This document shows positions 61,194 through 64,000 of a DNA stretch of 64,000 nucleotides, one piece after another (within the stretch, counting starts at the first letter, position 1; the number at the start of each line of letters is the position of its first letter). This DNA is from Mobula hypostoma (lineage: Eukaryota). Under the pieces are notes generated by a model. It was not told where the DNA came from and did not search any database. It was given only the letters and a program-made list of their open reading frames with translations. Where the stretch lies: the NCBI RefSeq assembly GCF_963921235.1, contig NC_086109.1, positions 12,958,001-13,022,000 on the forward strand, given 5' to 3'. Position numbers and translations under genes: made by a program.

Positions 61194-61845
61194 TGTCCAG
61201 TGGCAGGCGTGGTTTATTCTGATTGTTGAAAGTCGCTTCCTTTGTGATTGGTTAATTCAGTAAGCAGCTCATTAGCTATCACACTCTGGGGTGGTGCTGG
61301 TGGCCTTTTGGGGCACAGGGAGGCTGGTGGACTACTGTCGTGTACTGGGGGATGACTATTGTATTGTACTGCGTTTTGTATGTAACTTAATAGGGAATTC
61401 ACAAAGGTAATCCTCATCGTCACAAGGGTTGGATCGCAGGGTGTTGCAACTTTCAAGAGGTAGTGTGTCCTGTGGGGGGCTTATTCTGATTGTCAAAAGT
61501 CGCTTTCATCCTGATTAGTTAGTTTAGCAACTGCAGCTGCTTTTCCCATTGGTTAGCGGCCTGGTGTCCAGTGTCAAATATCCTGGGTATAAAAGAGCAC
61601 ATGGAAGAGGCTTGCTCTCTTTTCCTTGGTTTAAGGCAAGTGGTGCACATAACCATCGGGAAGGTATGCATTGCATGCGCTTTTAGCTAAGTGTGTTTGT
61701 AGATTCAACTTTGTAGTTTCTGTAACTTGGGAACATGAATATTTGGTAGAATTTTTATTGTTGGTAAAAAATGATTGACATATTTATTTGCAGCCAGTGT
61801 TTTCTGTCTCACTTGCCACACCCACGATCCTGATTCAACGTTACA
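61194..61845 (+). mobile_element. Probable solo LTR (652 bp) with TATA box
   Basis: TGT...ACA termini with flanks CACTC and GACTC (5-bp TSD, one mismatch). An internal direct repeat of about 55 bp (61221 and 61478), ATTGG boxes and TATAAAA at 61588-61594. Confidence 0.6.
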
Positions 61846-61936
61846 GACTCCACAAAGGAAACAGGAGGTACATATTTTAAACACAAAGCCATCTCATTTC
61901 ATCTCATCAATTCTGTATCTCTTCCTCTTTGCTCAG

Positions 61937-62027
61937 TTTCATGATATGGGAAGTGGGTTGTTGGGTACTCTTCGCTCTCCTGATGATCGGCACGAGTTCA
62001 GTCATGTGGTTCACAAGAGAAACTAAG
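61937..62027 (+). CDS. Gene B transmembrane exon (FMIWEVGCWVLFALLMIGTSSVMWFTRETK)
   Basis: CTCTTCCTCTTTGCTCAG acceptor and AAG|GTAGGC donor; 91 nt. Phase 2 in and phase 0 out matches both neighbours; hydrophobic stretch followed by R/K. Confidence 0.82.
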
Positions 62028-62282
62028 GTAGGCTAATGGACATTAGTGGAATTTGCTTCCAAATATACTTTTCATTTGAGGAAAGACATTTAAACACATT
62101 TACCTTTCCTTATCCAATGGTCAATCCAAAGCTATCTGCAGATGATATTGTCAAGATGTTAACACACTGTATGTGTGCAGAATGTTTGATGTGAATATAT
62201 TGGAGTCCAAGCTCCAGATACAACTCTAAAGCAGAGTTCCCAATGTCGATGAGTCTGATGATTTGACCGTTGCCTTTTACAG

Positions 62283-62321
62283 AAACCTGATGAATCAGAT
62301 CTTCACAGACTGGTCTACGAG
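62283..62321 (+). CDS. Gene B cytoplasmic micro-exon (KPDESDLHRLVYE)
   Basis: CCTTTTACAG acceptor, GAG|GTAAAG donor, phase 0-0; paralog at 3-41. No convincing terminal exon was found before 64000, where the window ends in a pyrimidine tract. Confidence 0.75.
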
Positions 62322-64000
62322 GTAAAGTGAAGGCTCCTGGATCACACAGATTGTGCTGGAATTTTACACAAAGATCAAATATTCATTCTTCTTCCCACTT
62401 TGTGCAGCTTTATCATTTGTGGAGAATTAACCTCTCATCTTACAATTGTTAACTTCATGAAGGTGAAAAAATGTTACCATACTTCAAGACAGTAACTTTT
62501 GTTTTATCATTCTATTTCTAACATGTCACTCTCACTGGTCTCAATCATATGGCACCTTTTCACAATGTTTTTTTTTCGTTGCACAAGCACCAATTTTTAA
62601 CCCTACCATCGCTGTGAACTGCTTAAGACCATTTTACTCTATCAAATGCTGTTCTATGGATTCAAATGCCTGAGGTTGTTGTACGTTTCAATAACTAATA
62701 AATAATCAATTAATATTCTTATAATAAATTGCTGATGTTAATAAGTAATTTATCCTCTCGGTTTAGTTGAGAATGAAATTTCATAAATGGTGAACACATC
62801 ACATTCAAGTTCCTGGATTTTCTTGATGGAATCAAGACCATAAGACCATAAACACAGGAGCAGGATAAGGCCATTTGGCCTGTAAAGTTTGCTTCGGCAT
62901 TCTATCATAGCTGATTTATTATCCTAGTGAACCCTATTCTTCTGTCTTCTCCCTGTAAGCTTTAATGCCCTCACTAATGAAGAACCTATCTACCTTCGCT
63001 TTAAATATACCCAGTGACTTAGTCTCCACAGCCATCCATGGTAATCAATTACACAGATTCACCACTCTCTGGCAAAGGATATTCCTCCTCATTTCTGTTC
63101 TAGAGGGAAGTCCCTCCATTATGAGACTGGCCTTTGGTCCTAGGCTCCTGTATTATTGGAAACTGTATTTAATATTACAGTTCTGTTTGAGTAATCTTGT
63201 GTGCCTGTGTGTATTTGTTTGATTAACCTTTTTTTGGTCATTTAAATAATAAATTATGAGTTACATGTATAAATATGAGCAAGCATGATGACGTATACAA
63301 TTCACATGATACATGCACGCCTCACTTGAAGTAAAGAATGAAGTTAGACCCACATTATTGAAGCACAGTGAAAGATTTGAAGTTAAAAAAATGCTGCAAG
63401 TTAAAAGAAATCATAGCCCAGCATGTGCAGAGATGGTCAAGTTTAATAAAAAAGCAGCACAGCACATGTTCTTCTGAAGGGAGGACACAATCAAGACTGA
63501 ACGGCTTAGGACCATTTTACTCTATTAAACCCTTTTCTATAGATTCAGATCCCTGAGGTTCTTGTTGTTGGATGTTCCAGTAACTAATAAATCAATTAAA
63601 ATTATTCTTTTTAAACTCTCATTGTAATTTTTTGTACTTTTTATAAGATATTAGTTGAATTAATGCAAGACCAAAATCATTGTTTTACTCGTAGTTTCTT
63701 TTTAACTGACATAATTTGTATTTGCAACAATTTGTATCTTTAACAAACTCATGTTTCACGGTATGTGGTGGTTCATCCCCACTTGCTGGCAGAAAGTGAT
63801 ATAGCAGTTACTTACTGGTTTATTATACCTTTTCATTTTTTAATTGGCTAAATGTTAGCACATAATACACATTATGATTGTGTAGCATTTTAATTCATTT
63901 ATCTTTATCTAAGGAATTTTTGTTATCTGGATTATAAAGATTTTTCAAAACTGCAATATTGAAGCTATGGAATATCTTTAATTTCTCGCCTCTCTTCTGC

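Noticed and set aside
62767-62793. Candidate terminal exon LRMKFHKW* for gene B
   Set aside because: Only a modest acceptor, no paralog support after 41, and a stronger pyrimidine tract occurs at the window end.

Overview
Eukaryotic vertebrate DNA, most likely a cartilaginous fish and probably a ray. This is inferred from HE1/V-type SINEs, esterase-bearing CR1 LINEs and the receptor type. No prokaryotic features are present. The window is part of a tandem cluster of + strand immunoglobulin-superfamily receptor genes of the CD300/pIgR/TREM-like (skate MDIR-like) type, buried in a transposon-rich background (well over half the window by eye). Three loci are visible. Gene 0: only a 39-nt cytoplasmic micro-exon at 3-41. 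Locus A (13147-26590): a leaderless, disrupted inhibitory receptor with V domain, stalk, frameshifted TM, cytoplasmic exon and an exon carrying three tandem ITIM-like repeats broken by two stops. Gene B (44142-62321, continuing past the window): an open, phase-consistent 8-exon frame, leader-V1-C2a-V2-C2b-stalk-TM-cyt (499 codons), combining CD300/pIgR-type V domains with FCRL-like C2 domains and a TM containing Glu. The V exon of A is about 92% identical to V2 of B, which suggests a paired activating/inhibitory system reshaped by segmental duplication, deletion and tail swapping. Separately, three different CR1 copies carry a T-TTA-AAC-TAG slippery heptamer exactly at the ORF1 stop, with ORF2 in the -1 frame in the full-length copy, a candidate programmed -1 ribosomal frameshift. 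All exon calls and identity figures are manual readings and hand counts, not database results. Most repeat boundaries are approximate.
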